DNA of 36,365 bases, from NCBI GenBank assembly GCA_013115125.1, contig JABANN010000350.1, positions 1 to 36,365 on the forward strand, in the 5' to 3' direction. The notes beneath the pieces were generated by a model. The model did no database searches. It was given only the letters and a program-made list of their open reading frames with translations, and was not told the DNA's origin. Positions 22,839 to 34,350 of the stretch are shown piece after piece. A program made the translations under genes and the position numbers. Position 1 is the stretch's first letter, and each line of letters begins with the position of its first letter. The DNA comes from Perkinsus olseni. Lineage: Eukaryota.

Positions 22839-23267
22839 ATGTCCTTCCCTCGCGCTATCATCCTCTTGCTGGCATCCTTGTCCATGGCCAAGAACTTCCC
22901 GCCTGAAGATGATTACTGCACCAAAGTGAATCTGGTTTTCACCGCGGCCATCTTTTTCGAGCACGTTATTCAACAACAACGTCATGTTGACGTCATTCAA
23001 GTGCTGCACTTCATCGAGAAGCTACCTCTGGAGGTCAACGTCACTGGTATAATCCCGTGGAAATCCAATTCTGGAAACACGTCTATCGCCCTGGACATCA
23101 AGAACAAGAACTTCACCGATTTCGCGAAGGTCTTCCACTTTAATCCGACTGAGTGGGAGGAAATCCCCTACAACAGTTCCAAGGATGCGTTCACTTTATC
23201 GGTGAATGGTACCCCTATCGAAGCATCACACGCTCAGTGTCCTACTCCGACGCCCGGACCCTGGTAG
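22839..23267 (+). CDS. Small secreted protein (142 aa), lineage-specific family, intronless
   Basis: Signal peptide MSFPRAIILLLASLSMA, two terminal Cys and several N-glycosylation sequons. Clear paralog at 28827-29541 (FTLSVNGT...QCP). Confidence 0.8.
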   Translation: MSFPRAIILLLASLSMAKNFPPEDDYCTKVNLVFTAAIFFEHVIQQQRHVDVIQVLHFIEKLPLEVNVTGIIPWKSNSGNTSIALDIKNKNFTDFAKVFHFNPTEWEEIPYNSSKDAFTLSVNGTPIEASHAQCPTPTPGPW

Positions 23268-24879
23268 GAGGTACGCGAGTTCCACCGCAAGAAGCAACTC
23301 GTTCCGGTGAAGCTGCTGCTCCCGAATTGCTGAGGTCGTGTAAACCTGCCTACAATGTAGGCCCCACATGGCGGGTTCTATGCCTAGTCCACACTCGAAG
23401 CACTTGACTACCTTGCTTTTAGTATTATCGCTTAAAGTCTGCTCGTGTAGGAGAACGAGTTTGACAAATAATTACATTTTTCCACGTGGTGGTAAGGCCA
23501 TGATTACCTATGTTATTATGATTAGGCTATGGTTATTTCTCAGTATTACTCAATAATACGCTAGATTTCTTACTTCTGTTGGATTATTCGAGTTGAAGTT
23601 GCCATCGGGCTGACTTGAGAAAGTTTTTTGTCGAAGATTAATGAGGTATCCAAAGAAGAATCCTTCGCATTCGTCATACTCTGCGAGTTACATCAACATG
23701 GCGGTCTCGTTGAAAAGTGGCCGAAGCACTTCACTCCTACGCATACAGCGCTTGCTCTTCGCTCACTGATACTTGCTCACAGCAGCAGGTTCTTTAGCTA
23801 TTCCTCGAATAAGCGAGTCTGTTTTGCTCTCTACGTTGCTTCCAATTCATCAGTAACTGCAAAAACACCAATCTCCCTGAATATGCTAAATAAAAGGCCT
23901 TCAACTAGCACGGAGATATTACCTTCAAAATATTATTTTCTAGTCTCGGGTATCAGGGCAACTCAGTCGGATGACAGCCCAGCCGTGTATGACAGGCATC
24001 GCGTATCCGGCTGCACTAGACCGCAGTCCAACCCTGTATAACAGTCGAGCTTGTGGTTGCCTGCACAATTCGGTCCGAATCATTCGGACTGGGAGAACTC
24101 GATGAGCACGCTGCACCTTCTAGCCGCATGCGTCTACAGTAGAGCTCCTTTAGGAAGCCTAGTGGTCGGCATGGACACCGAGGGCGTCATAGTATAGTGC
24201 TCATGCGAAAGCCACAGGTTGGCCTGTGAAGGGAGTAACTCCGCCGGAATTTAAGCAAGCCTCAGTCCCGTAGCGCGACATAAGTTGAAGTTGTGTCGCG
24301 GGGAAGCAGTGCTTCAAACTTCGTTGTACAAAGTGTCATAGATTCCACCATCTCGAGGTGTTGATAGGTTTTCCTCTTGTTCTTCATACTTAGCACCCCC
24401 GCCGTCAGGGTCCCTTGCCATGACTTGATACGTCGAGTATCACAGCGTGTGCTGCTCATTGTGCATGTCGTCTTGCACAGTCGATCTACAGCCCCACGCT
24501 TGAGTCTCGAGTGGTGGTGCAAGTTTGAAGCTTCGTTCTCAACGATACTGTCTCTGAGTCTCTTCTATAGACGAGTTGTTCTCCAGGGGAAGGCACTAAC
24601 TACGCATGATTGGGTGCGTTTTGCCGTCACAGCAACGGCGTTGCTATCTGGCTTACTCTCAGTTTGAAAGATTCGCAAGTTGAGCACGGGAGAGAAAGAG
24701 TGGCACACTCAGGAATTCAGTGGTTGAGAAATGGAAAAGAGGACGCCCGCATTAAATGCTGCTGCGCCCATACCGCTCGACAAGGCTAGCGATAAAATTT
24801 CTCTTTCGAGCGGTGATTCGCTTTCCTCGTACATCCGAGCACTACTCGGACGTTAGATCTAGCCTAATAGCCTCACATG

Positions 24880-25773
24880 CCTAGGAAGATGAGGCTGTGA
24901 CACAAGCACAGCAGCAGGACCCAGATGCATATTGGTAGGGTGCATTCCTGTGGGATGGCTTCATGCAGTGTTGGAGCTGATCATCTCCCAAATGCCGACT
25001 AAAGACTTCGTTATTGTTACTGCAACCCTGGCGTCCAACGCCCTCTTCGTGAAAGGAACAAGCAGCACGGCGGCTTCTCGCGGTGTAAGAGCAGTAACGG
25101 CTGAGTTTCATCGAAAGTGGAATGCCACTATTACATCCTTCGTATAAGAGAAGGTTACCTTGTAATCAGTTCCTTGGACTAGGCTGCTTTGCTCTCAGGG
25201 CTACCCTGCATTCTCGTACCACTCCTACAACCTTCCCCCCATTGACGAGGACAGAACTGTCCGATGCAATTTCGGCAAAGAGATGCTCAAGGGAGAAGAG
25301 TCTCCGCAGTTCCGAATCGAACTCTCGTCTAGGAACAAGACGTCAACAGGGCTAGCGCGTTGCCCCGAAACTCGAGACAGACCGAGTTTCGAATTACAGT
25401 ATGTTAGGGTTCCAACCTGTTCGTTCCAGTATTTGATCCTCGCAGTTACTCGGTTAGCAGAATTTGGTGGTATAAGCCAGATTACCGCACCAGCAGTGGC
25501 TACTATAGCTTCATGGGTGTTTGGCCCCCATGGGAGAAATATACCCGCAAGCAGGACCCCCTCGCTGCCGTACACTGGGACGTTAAGGATGCTGTCGATA
25601 GACTCTATTCACGTATTGCGAAGACCGACAATATGGCTGAGGGAATCTGCGCCGAGGCTATCACAAATATCCGTCAGAAATTTCCCACGTACCAACATTT
25701 ATGCACCAAGTTATACGACATCGCTCAGGGAGCACTCCGTGCTGGTGGGGACAAGGTGAAGCTGAGAACTTGA
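24880..25773 (+). CDS. Multi-exon hypothetical protein (5' end unresolved, possibly decayed)
   Basis: Protein-like exons MPTKDFVIVTATL..., GYPAFSYHSYNLPPIDEDRTVRC...ARCPETRDRPSFELQ and YSVSRIWWYKPDY...GICAEAITNIRQKFPTYQHLC...* are separated by about 50-60 nt GT-AG segments. Confidence 0.5.
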
Positions 25774-26211
25774 AGTGTTAGCCGCACGCGTAGAAGTTCA
25801 AACACTCCTTCATATCCGTTTATCAACTTCTCCTTTGCTTTACCTTGCCCATGGATGAATCCTAAAAACGTGATGATGAGGCAAGCTGCTGTTCTTGTTC
25901 CCCAAGGAACTTGAGTTCTTGTGCTATAACTTAACTAAAAAATACTGATACGAAGAGTAGAACCCGCAATCAGATAAACTGATCGTAGCTGATAGTTCTG
26001 CTTGACCGAGGCAAAGTTATGGCTACTGCTGACGAAGATGTTCTGAGAACAAGAATATCGTAGTAACCAAACATGCTCGATCGAAATAAAGACAAAGAGA
26101 GCCGAGCTCTGAGAGCTCTGAGAAATTCGTTCCGGTATCGGCTCAATGATTTTAATAAGGTGTGACACGGTAATACCGTGACGGTATAACTAACATCTAA
26201 GTGTACAGTGC

Positions 26212-26961
26212 TCATGTCGTAGTGAGGCTCACGCGTCGACCAAAGAAATTGATGAACATTGTTCTTGGCGAGGCGAATATCACGCGGTGGAGGTCATCCG
26301 ACGATAGGCTCAAACGACAAGCAATGTGTACCTCATCCTGGAAGTCTTCAAAAGCTTTTTGATATAAGGGGCTCATGACATATTCCACTCTCCGGGAGTT
26401 GCTCTCGTCGCGGTCTAGGCGGAACGATAACCAGGCCCCGTCAGATGGGCTATCTCCGCAAGTCACCCAAACAACCGCTCGAAGTTCTTCATGCCCAAAC
26501 ACAAGGTACAAAAATTCATAGTTCGAGCTTGGACTCGGCCTCCCCAGATACGGAGTGATATAGGAGTTGTCAACCCTTGAAAACCTCACCGACTCGTTCC
26601 TTATAGTAGTGGTGACAATGTCCTCATTTAGGAACCGAATGATGCTGAAGTCAGTGGGGACGATACCATCGATGAAAGGACAGTGCTGTCTGATAAGCAC
26701 CGGCAGAATGGTCCATTCGTAGTCGATGATGAACTGAGATGAAGTAGCCCCGTCTGCTAGACGATATGGCCCGACCAAGTAGGGCCTGGTGAAGCCCCCA
26801 AACTTGCATTCGTACATCCAGTTAACAGTTTCATCCTCGTTGACAAACAAGGTCAATGCTAGACCTAGATTGGCATCATCGAGTGTGTATTTGCCCACTT
26901 CCTGAGAGTGCACCGAGGTGAAGAGGGCGGCAAGTATGAACAACGATGGGATGATAGTCAT
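26212..26961 (-). CDS. Secreted hypothetical protein (249 aa) with apparent internal two-fold repeat
   Basis: Signal peptide MTIIPSLFILAALFTSVHS. Two halves of about 115 aa each contain a Cys pair and end similarly (HCPF...DFSIIRF...VTTTIRNESVRFSR vs IACRL...DLHRVIF...MFINFFGRRVSLT). Confidence 0.75.
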   Translation of the reverse strand: MTIIPSLFILAALFTSVHSQEVGKYTLDDANLGLALTLFVNEDETVNWMYECKFGGFTRPYLVGPYRLADGATSSQFIIDYEWTILPVLIRQHCPFIDGIVPTDFSIIRFLNEDIVTTTIRNESVRFSRVDNSYITPYLGRPSPSSNYEFLYLVFGHEELRAVVWVTCGDSPSDGAWLSFRLDRDESNSRRVEYVMSPLYQKAFEDFQDEVHIACRLSLSSDDLHRVIFASPRTMFINFFGRRVSLTTT

Positions 26962-27360
26962 TTGAAAGAGTTAAGTCCTTAAGAAGCTGTTCGACAGGCT
27001 CAGCGCATGATGGCCCATATGACGACTACCGACTACTCCCATCGAAGCATGCTACTCGTTCGCTTGAGACGTAATTAGGCGACAACCTGAAAAGAGTTCA
27101 TTAGCTTATCCTCGTCACACGACACGTCACGTCACGTCGCGACGGGACAGGACAGGAAGCGAGTACTGAACAGCGAACTGGTCAAGAGCAGCAGAGAGCT
27201 ACCGGCAACCAACTGAAGTCGATTTGTACATAAGTTATGTAACATAAGAATACCGAGATATCGGATTACCAAAATTGAGGACTATGCGAACTTAGGGTCG
27301 GTAAGCGCCTGCTACCGAAAGCCGACTGCTCGTCTGATCTATGCGCTTCGGTGACGTAAC

Positions 27361-28174
27361 TTGTATCACTTCACTCAGAAGACATCTTGATGGTTTCCTC
27401 GACTATTCCATTGAGCTCCATTTCCTCGGTGATAAGCTCGTGATCCGGATGGGATTGTATCGATTGAGAATTTCAACTCGAAATAGAAGGTGGAATAAGA
27501 TTGAAAGCTTTGTGGTGTAGATGGAATTGTACCTCTCTGCCTGTTTTGCTGTGCCCATGTGCGTAGACAGTGGCTAACGAGCGTCGAAGGCATAAGCGTG
27601 CCACCTACACTGTTAATCCGGTCAACTTAATCGAGCGGTGGACACTGTTGGACCCTCCACGAAGGTCCCTCGCGATTCAGTGATGACAGCGGTAGACTTC
27701 TTCGCAACACGACCTTGGAAGGCACATGTGCAACGGGCAGTATGCTCGTATGGTTAGCTTCGACGATTGCGCAGTAGAATGCGGTATGAGGCAAGTGTCA
27801 CATGTGACGTGTGTGCAAAGCCTTCCTCGTTGACAGGTACATGCTGCGATCACGCACTATTCCTATACTCGCCAAGCCTTTCTGAGCGCAGCAGTTTGAA
27901 CTTAACTTCCCTATTATTTACTCCATTCAGAAGTCCACTCGACGGAACACATACGCGAGGAAGGGCCATGAACTTGGAGACTGGGACCGAAATCGGGACA
28001 CCGGTTCTTGGGATAAGAGGGTCAGCAAAGCGGCAAGCCCGCTTGAAACCCGAACACCCAAAAAGAAAGAAAACAGCAGCTTGGATCAAGGCCGGAGGAC
28101 CTCCTGACGGCAGTAGCTGGGACGGTGACCGCGAGGATGGAAGAAGACGCAGGAGAAGTCGCTCAAGGCCTTAG
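27361..28174 (+). pseudogene. Possible decayed Mutator-like transposase C-terminus with SWIM-like Zn finger
   Basis: A stop-riddled frame contains SIENFNSK (compare MULE N..E.FN..K). TCDVC...TGTCCDHAL follows at about 27800-27860, then a basic tail. A repeat array lies downstream. Confidence 0.35.
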
Positions 28175-28398
28175 AGCAGGAAGACGTGATGACTGGATAA
28201 TGTATTGCTCGTTATTAAGGAACATTTAAACCGATGCAGGGTGTTGATGAGTCCGCACCTTGAGCAGATGAGACAGTATTCCACAGCCTCCTGCTCGATG
28301 ACCTTCTTGAGTCTTCTTAAGCACTCTGGAGTCGCCACTACTGTGCTAGCGCCTCTAAACGCTTTACTGATGGCTGCGATATACCATTCAGAAGCCTA

Positions 28399-28714
28399 TT
28401 TGGCGGATAGGGTTGCCGTAGCCTATATGGGGGTCGAGGATGATATCATCACATTAGCGAGTTGTTGTTGTTGAGACATCAGCAAATTGGCGGATAGGGT
28501 TGCCGTTGCCTATATGGGGGTCGAGGATGATATCATCACATTAGCGAGCTGAGCCATTAGCGGTAGGGTTGAGATGGCGGGATACGATTGGCGGACAAAG
28601 AAGTCATTTTAGCGGCAGGCCTCGAAGAAGGAGTTCAACTCCACGAATAAGGTACACAATTTCATGAGTAAGGAAGTCAATTTCGCCGATAAGGACACCA
28701 ATTTCGGGGATCAT
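28399..28714. repeat. Duplicated block of about 62 bp and degenerate short repeats (possible transposon subterminal region)
   Basis: TTGGCGGATAGGGTTGCCGT(A/T)GCCTATATGGGGGTCGAGGATGATATCATCACATTAGCGAG occurs at about 28400 and about 28488. It is followed by periodic TAAGG....CAATTTC units at 28648-28706. Confidence 0.7.
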
Positions 28715-28826
28715 CTTTGACGTCAAAGTTTAACCTGAAGTCTCCGGGCATATAACCGCGCATCGTTTGCGTAGTGATGCCGAGTAGAGACGCTGCTCTA
28801 AGTGTCGTCCAATCATGACGTATCAC

Positions 28827-29541
28827 ATGTCCCCCTACCTCACCTTACTCTACGTGCTATCAGCCGACGACGACGTATGCCTTCCCGCCCAAGGAAGCTT
28901 ATTGTGTTGGTCAAAAGTTTTGACCAGGGTGGCCCAGCGGGGAAGAATGCTATTCTTTCTTACCGGGAATTCCGGAAATTCCCGGGAAGAAAGAATGCAC
29001 AATATTCCCTGGAAGAATGTTTGAGATTCTTCCCGGGTATTTAGGTGCTTCATTCCAATGGTTTGACTTGAGGGAGGATCGAGCACGTGCGGGTATGCGA
29101 AAAAACTTTGGGGGGCTTGTTTCAATGGGGAAGAATGCATTCTTTCTTCCCGGCTATATTCCCGGGAATTCCCGGAAATTCCCGGGAATGGGAAGAATGA
29201 TCCATTCTTCCCACTTTTGGGCCACCCTGGTTTTGACTCGAAACAACCTCTTCGTAGGGAATCTGTACTTCTTGAAGCCCAATCTGCTGAAAATCTTCTA
29301 CTTCGGTTTCCCCCTGGTTGTGGACCCGACGGTGACGGACTACATCCCATGGGTGGTGGACTGTGACTATTCGGCCTTGCATTTGTTCACCTTCGTTGAG
29401 AACTTCAGAAGTTTCGCAAGGTCCATCACCGTGGATGTGACAAAGTGGGACGATTTTTCCTACAATCGCACCGATGATACATTCACTTTGTCGGTGAATG
29501 GTACCCATCTCGTCGCGTCTCCTGACCAATGTCCTTTCTAG
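28827..29541 (+). pseudogene. Paralog of the 22839 secreted protein, interrupted by a MITE
   Basis: MSPYLTLLYVLSA start, FPPKEAYC (vs FPPEDDYC), YIPW, NFRSFAR and WDDFSYNRTDDTFTLSVNGTHLVASPDQCP align to 22839-23267. Confidence 0.85.
28925..29229. mobile_element. 305-bp non-autonomous hAT-type element (MITE)
   Basis: Perfect 12-bp TIR CAGGGTGGCCCA...TGGGCCACCCTG. Perfect 8-bp TSD GTTTTGAC at 28917-28924 and 29230-29237. Subterminal TTCCCGGGAA and AAGAATG/CATTCTT repeats at both ends. Confidence 0.93.
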
Positions 29542-29728
29542 TGGTTGTCCCGATGTCGGCTAGCCGAAGCCCTGCGCCTTGCCTGGTCTCCTCAACGCGG
29601 TCTTTATAACATTGTATGAGTTTAGTTCGATAGCTGTCTAGGCATACCAAAAGTTTTTGCCGTTGACAGCACCGGTATGAGTGATCCTTGATTCTGACGA
29701 GATATTTTTTTGCCGACATGTAGTTTGC

Positions 29729-31987
29729 TCAGCGATTTCCGGCATTGTGTTCGTCATGAGATCCCTCATCCGTCCGTGAAGGACATCTCGATAAAACGCT
29801 AAACAATTGCGACGTCAAGGCGTCGGTACACTTGCTGCAAATGAAAGTCCATGTCGCGAGGGCAATTAAGCGTAAGAGGATATCCACGCGGACTGTCTTC
29901 GGCTCCGATCGTTGACAGCAACGCCGTGCTTCGGCACGCCAGATCTCGAACCTCCCTGAAGTCGAATTGATCACTTGATAACAACTAGACACGTTCCTGA
30001 TTCCTTAACCAGTAGCACAGCTGCTGGACAGGGGTGGGCATGAGTCACACTGCCTATAAAATGTCCATTTCTGGACACTGCATGGATCTTGACTTCTGCA
30101 AAAGGTGACCAAACTCTTCTTTCGTTTTTTCCAGTCGGCTCTCCATGGAAGCCTGTGATCGGCACATATCTCAGGGAACCCCCTTTGATCGTTTACCTTC
30201 CGTTTTCGGCTAGCCTCCAGCAGTTCTTGTTTCTTGCTGAGCCTCAACTTCACTTTCTCAAGCTCCGCCTGCGACCCCTTCTGTGACCGTTCAGCTTTGC
30301 TCAGAGCAGCTATTTCCACGTTGAGCCGTGAAGCCGCGTCGCGCACCTGACGCACCGCTTGTCTGAGTTGGCTCAGGCGCACCACAGGTCTACCTCATTG
30401 GATCTCTCTCCCTGGGCGGCCCTCTGCTGTCTGTAAACCTGTGCAGCGATGCCCATCTGGTTCTTCAAAGGCTCGAGCTGTTTTTGGAGCTTCTCTTCCT
30501 CCGCCTTCACTCGGCCATAATCACTTTTGAGGCTCGTCACGTTGGCCCCCTGAAATGCGCAAAGGAGTTACAACCAACAAACATAGTCTTTCATTCATTG
30601 AAGAGAAACGTCAAAGCAGAGGCGGAGCGAAGCAACAGGAACAGAAAGGGTTGCTTCATCTCATACGCCGCGAGCGCGAATCGTACCACGGTTCGCAGCA
30701 TGTCTTCATCTCGTTTCTTGTCCTTGCTCATCATCTCGAAGGAGGACATCAGAGCCTTCATCGCCGATTCCGCCGTTGTCCTCCTAGAACCGTAGATTTG
30801 CACGCCAACGTGGACTCCAACACTCACTTCTTCACGAGCTGCTGTTGCCGAAGCTTCGCATGCTCATAACGGTCCGAAGCATCCTGCAGTTTACTCCGAC
30901 TATCCGTCGCGGCCTCGTGAACTCCCTCATACTTCTCCGCAAAGATGGCTTGCTGCTCAGTCAAGTGGTCATAAGTAGCCGTCTGACAAGCCGAGGCTTA
31001 GTCGAAGCGGCAGAGAGTTCACTATCCAACGCCAAAGTGCCACGCGAGGAATGTTGAGGCTGGGTTGAATGGGGCGGACCAACGAGCTCCAATACGGGTT
31101 CAGACATCACTATCCCGAGGGATCTCAAGTTGAGCGTCACAACCTACATCGTTTTTCTCTTCCTTCTTAGAGATATCATTCCTTTTCTGAAGTTCAGCCA
31201 GAATTCTCGCTGCCGTCTCGGACTGGTCCACGGCTTTCTTCAACTTCTCCGTAAGAGCAGTACGATCCTTCTCAGCATCGGCCACCTCCTTGACCAAGCT
31301 CTGACAATCAACAGCATCCTCCCTCCACTCAGTGGTGTGCCACAATCTTCCTCACCTTCACTCGGAACTCGATCATCCCCACTGTGGTGTTGGCCCTGTA
31401 AAGCGCCAAGTCCACCTAATAGCAAAATCGTGGCGGTCCTTCCGCCGCGTATCTTCCAACCGTCCGACCAGAAAGTAGCACCAGTCTCTACGTATCAATT
31501 CCTTGGAGTTCCACCCGATACACGTGAAGTGCCGTTTTTTCGCAAAGTTGGAAACCGCGAAAGGTGCGACGGGAAATGTGAGATCCGTCTGACATTGTGT
31601 TTTCCTTTCATATCACGGGTAAAAGTTCAATCAATCGAAAAGACGTATCCCTTTGGGTGAATGTTATACACAATCGATCCAGTCCGGAGTCTCTACCCGT
31701 TTTCCAAATTCAGCGCAACCCACTTCAGAATCCAGCTTCTCAATGAGCTCCTCAGGCATCTTGGCGGCGACTTCCTTCGAAGGGTTTTTCACGAACTTCC
31801 GGAGTTCAGTTTGGTCTGGAGTGTCTTCAACCTCTGAGAAAATATGGGTAGTACTCGAAGTTTGACGACTATGCGGCGCACTTGAGTGTCGAAGGCGTCT
31901 CGACTGCAGTAAGGATTCTCCGTCAACTCGAGGATCTTCGAGGGCGGCGTCTTCCTCCTGCTCGCTCCCGGGCGACCTGCCGATCAT
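29729..31987 (-). CDS. Multi-exon coiled-coil hypothetical protein
   Basis: ATG at 31987. E/K/R/L-rich heptad-like exons include LVKEVADAEKDRTALTEKLKKAVDQSE and LSQLRQAVRQVRDAASRLNVEIAALSKAE...ELEKVKLRLSKKQELLE. Ends are approximate. Confidence 0.5.
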
Positions 31988-32299
31988 GCAAAAACCTCAG
32001 CCGGGAGCTTCCGCGGCAAAGTCATCGGAGGACGAGGAATTACGTCACGTGACTGGTAGATTGACGCTGACATGTAACTTACGTGTCCCCGTCGCTGTGA
32101 GGTGATTGGCTCAAGAAATTACGGGAAATCTTGAAAATGCGATATCGCCGCACCGATTTACGAGTCGGAAGTTGATTCCTGGGCTACTGCTATGCATAGC
32201 GCAATTGCACGTCGACTAATAGGTGTTCGAAACCGGTGATGACTAATAAGAGATAGTGTAAGGATGAGAAAGAATATGTATTCCCTCTGCCACTCATTT

Positions 32300-34350
32300 T
32301 CAACAATCACCTTCTGGCTCATTATCATTGCAGCGAGAACGAGATCTCGAGCAAGAATCTTCAACCAGTGAGAGCATTCTACAGTAGTGCAGAGCGTAAC
32401 GAGAGTGTCAGCATATCCATGGCGACGACAGCTCACCTAGCAGGGGTGGCCTTCAATAAGGTCTTCGCATGGGCAACTTCCCTCCTCGCTTGCTCCACGA
32501 GTCTGTCAGCTTCCGTTGACGAGGAGTTCGTCATGTTCTGTCGCTGCTCCTCGAGGCTGAACAGCAGCCGTTCAGGTTGCAAGGAGTGTGCAACGAGGAC
32601 CTACATCGTCCGGGCCTGTGTCAAGCGAACAATGTCACCGCTTTTAGCGTTGAATCTGAGAAAAGCCACGACCACCTCAGCGATCCTCCCATCGAAATAT
32701 GATTAACCAATGGTGCGGTATGAGTATCCTTGGTCACATTAATACGACCGTCTCACTCATGCTTGGCTGCTTCTAACTGCTGTTGCACTAGATGGAGCCT
32801 TTCCTCAGCCTGCTTCAACTCGCGTGTCTCGATCGCCATCGCCACCCTCCCGAGGGTTGCTGAATGGGCTGCTCAACTCCGCGGCTGCTATCACCTGGCC
32901 TACTGTTCCTCAGCATAGCAGAGTCCACCTGCCTGTCGAGCTCAGCCAGCCTCCTCTTGCTCTCCTCGATCTTCGATTGATACTCGGACCTGACGGCAAG
33001 ACAGTCTGATGTACTCCTAATTTTGCAGGTGCTCACGTATAGCCGTCCAGCTCGCTGCGCTTCGCCTGAAGTTCCTTCTCCTCGGCCACAGCCTTCTTAT
33101 GTAGCTCCGACGCGTCACGCATTTCACTTTCCTGATAAGAGATGTCAGATTTCGCCTCAGTGTCGGCGGCGCTCAGCACGCAGCCATAACGGCCCCTACC
33201 AGCTGCCTCAGAGCTGCCTCGTGTGCCGTAAGGGCCTTGGTAGTGGCTGCCAGAGCCTGCCTGCGTTCAACCAACACCTCTCGCGCTTTCTGCAAGGTCC
33301 TGCAGCGGCACCGAGTACGTAGCTTCATGGCGTGAGTATCTCACTCGGCCTTGGACTCGACAGTGTCCCGAACCATCTTCTGCTTCGTCCTAGCATCCTG
33401 CAGCATCCTACCGATATGGGCCCCTTCAGAGTTGACTGCCTACAAAATAACACAACCGGTGAAAGGGGAACCATGCGCTTAACCAGAAAGTCTCAGGCCG
33501 GCTCAATGAATCAATTTCGAAAACTTGGAATCTGCTCTGAATCGTATTTTAGATGCTAGAGTCAATTACAAAATCGACTCTGAGTTTTAGATTTAGTTGA
33601 ATGACCGGGATCAGCCTCACGGTGGTGAGCAGCGCGGGGGAACACCAGTCGAACGCTAAGCGCTTCAGACGGGTTCCATTACCTTCAACTTATTCTCCAC
33701 ATTAGATACAAAGCTGGTGAGGTCCTTCAAGCGTCCTTCTTTGGCCTCCAGTGCATCCTGGACGAGGCAACGGAGAATACCCGTCATCATAGCATCGCTC
33801 CGCCTAATACCGTCGCTTTCTGCAGTTCGGCTTCTTTCGCTGCTAGAGACGCTTGAGCCGTTTTGACGTCCGATTTCTACATAACGAGTATCTTGTTCGA
33901 TCTCGCAGTTCGTATGGTTACAGCCTACCGCAGTGTGGACTCTGGTCATCTTCCCTTCGAGCTCGTCCGTGAGCTCCCTGAAATCAACCACGCTCTCGTC
34001 AAGATGCTTCATTTATCGACCGTGAGAATTCACCGGGCCCGTCGCCGTTCGGCTAGTACCCCATTTTATCCTGAAGCTCACTCTCTCCGTTGGAGTACTG
34101 TACCATCTCCTCATCCGTTGACTTAATGCTGAGCTCCAGGTTCCTGATGTTCTGTTGGGCTGCGAGCGCCCTCTGGTAACTGGGAAGTTACAAAAGTAAT
34201 TGTGGATTTCCGTACGACTGAGCCGTACAGAGTGGAGCAGTCAGGGTTGAGAACTGCTGGTGGTGATGCAGTTGAAGGGGTCATAACGCCCTGGTGGCCA
34301 TGGGTGGACAACAGTAGAGTCCCGACGAAGAGGGACCGTGGAAGCCACAT
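32300..34350 (-). CDS. Multi-exon coiled-coil hypothetical protein, possible signal peptide
   Basis: Candidate first exon MWLPRSLFVGTLLLSTHG. Exons YQRALAAQQNIRNLELSIKSTDEEM, HLDESVVDFRELTDELEGKM, DALEAKEGRLKDLTSFVSNVENKLK and VRSEYQSKIEESKRRLAELDRQ. Probable end ...NDNEPEGDC*. Confidence 0.5.

Noticed and set aside
23950..24600. Possible Tc1/mariner-like remnant on the minus strand (LKRGAV-like words)
   Set aside because: Too fragmentary, with no DDE motif, TIR or TSD identifiable by eye.
29017..29229. N-terminal part of the 174-aa ORF as a genuine protein
   Set aside because: It is read through MITE sequence from a non-ATG start. Only the part after 29230 is homologous to the paralog.
32106..32115. 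TTGGCTCAAG, the 3' end of the spliced leader, as a retrogene relic
   Set aside because: Only 10 nt, and on the plus strand where no gene follows. Plausibly chance.
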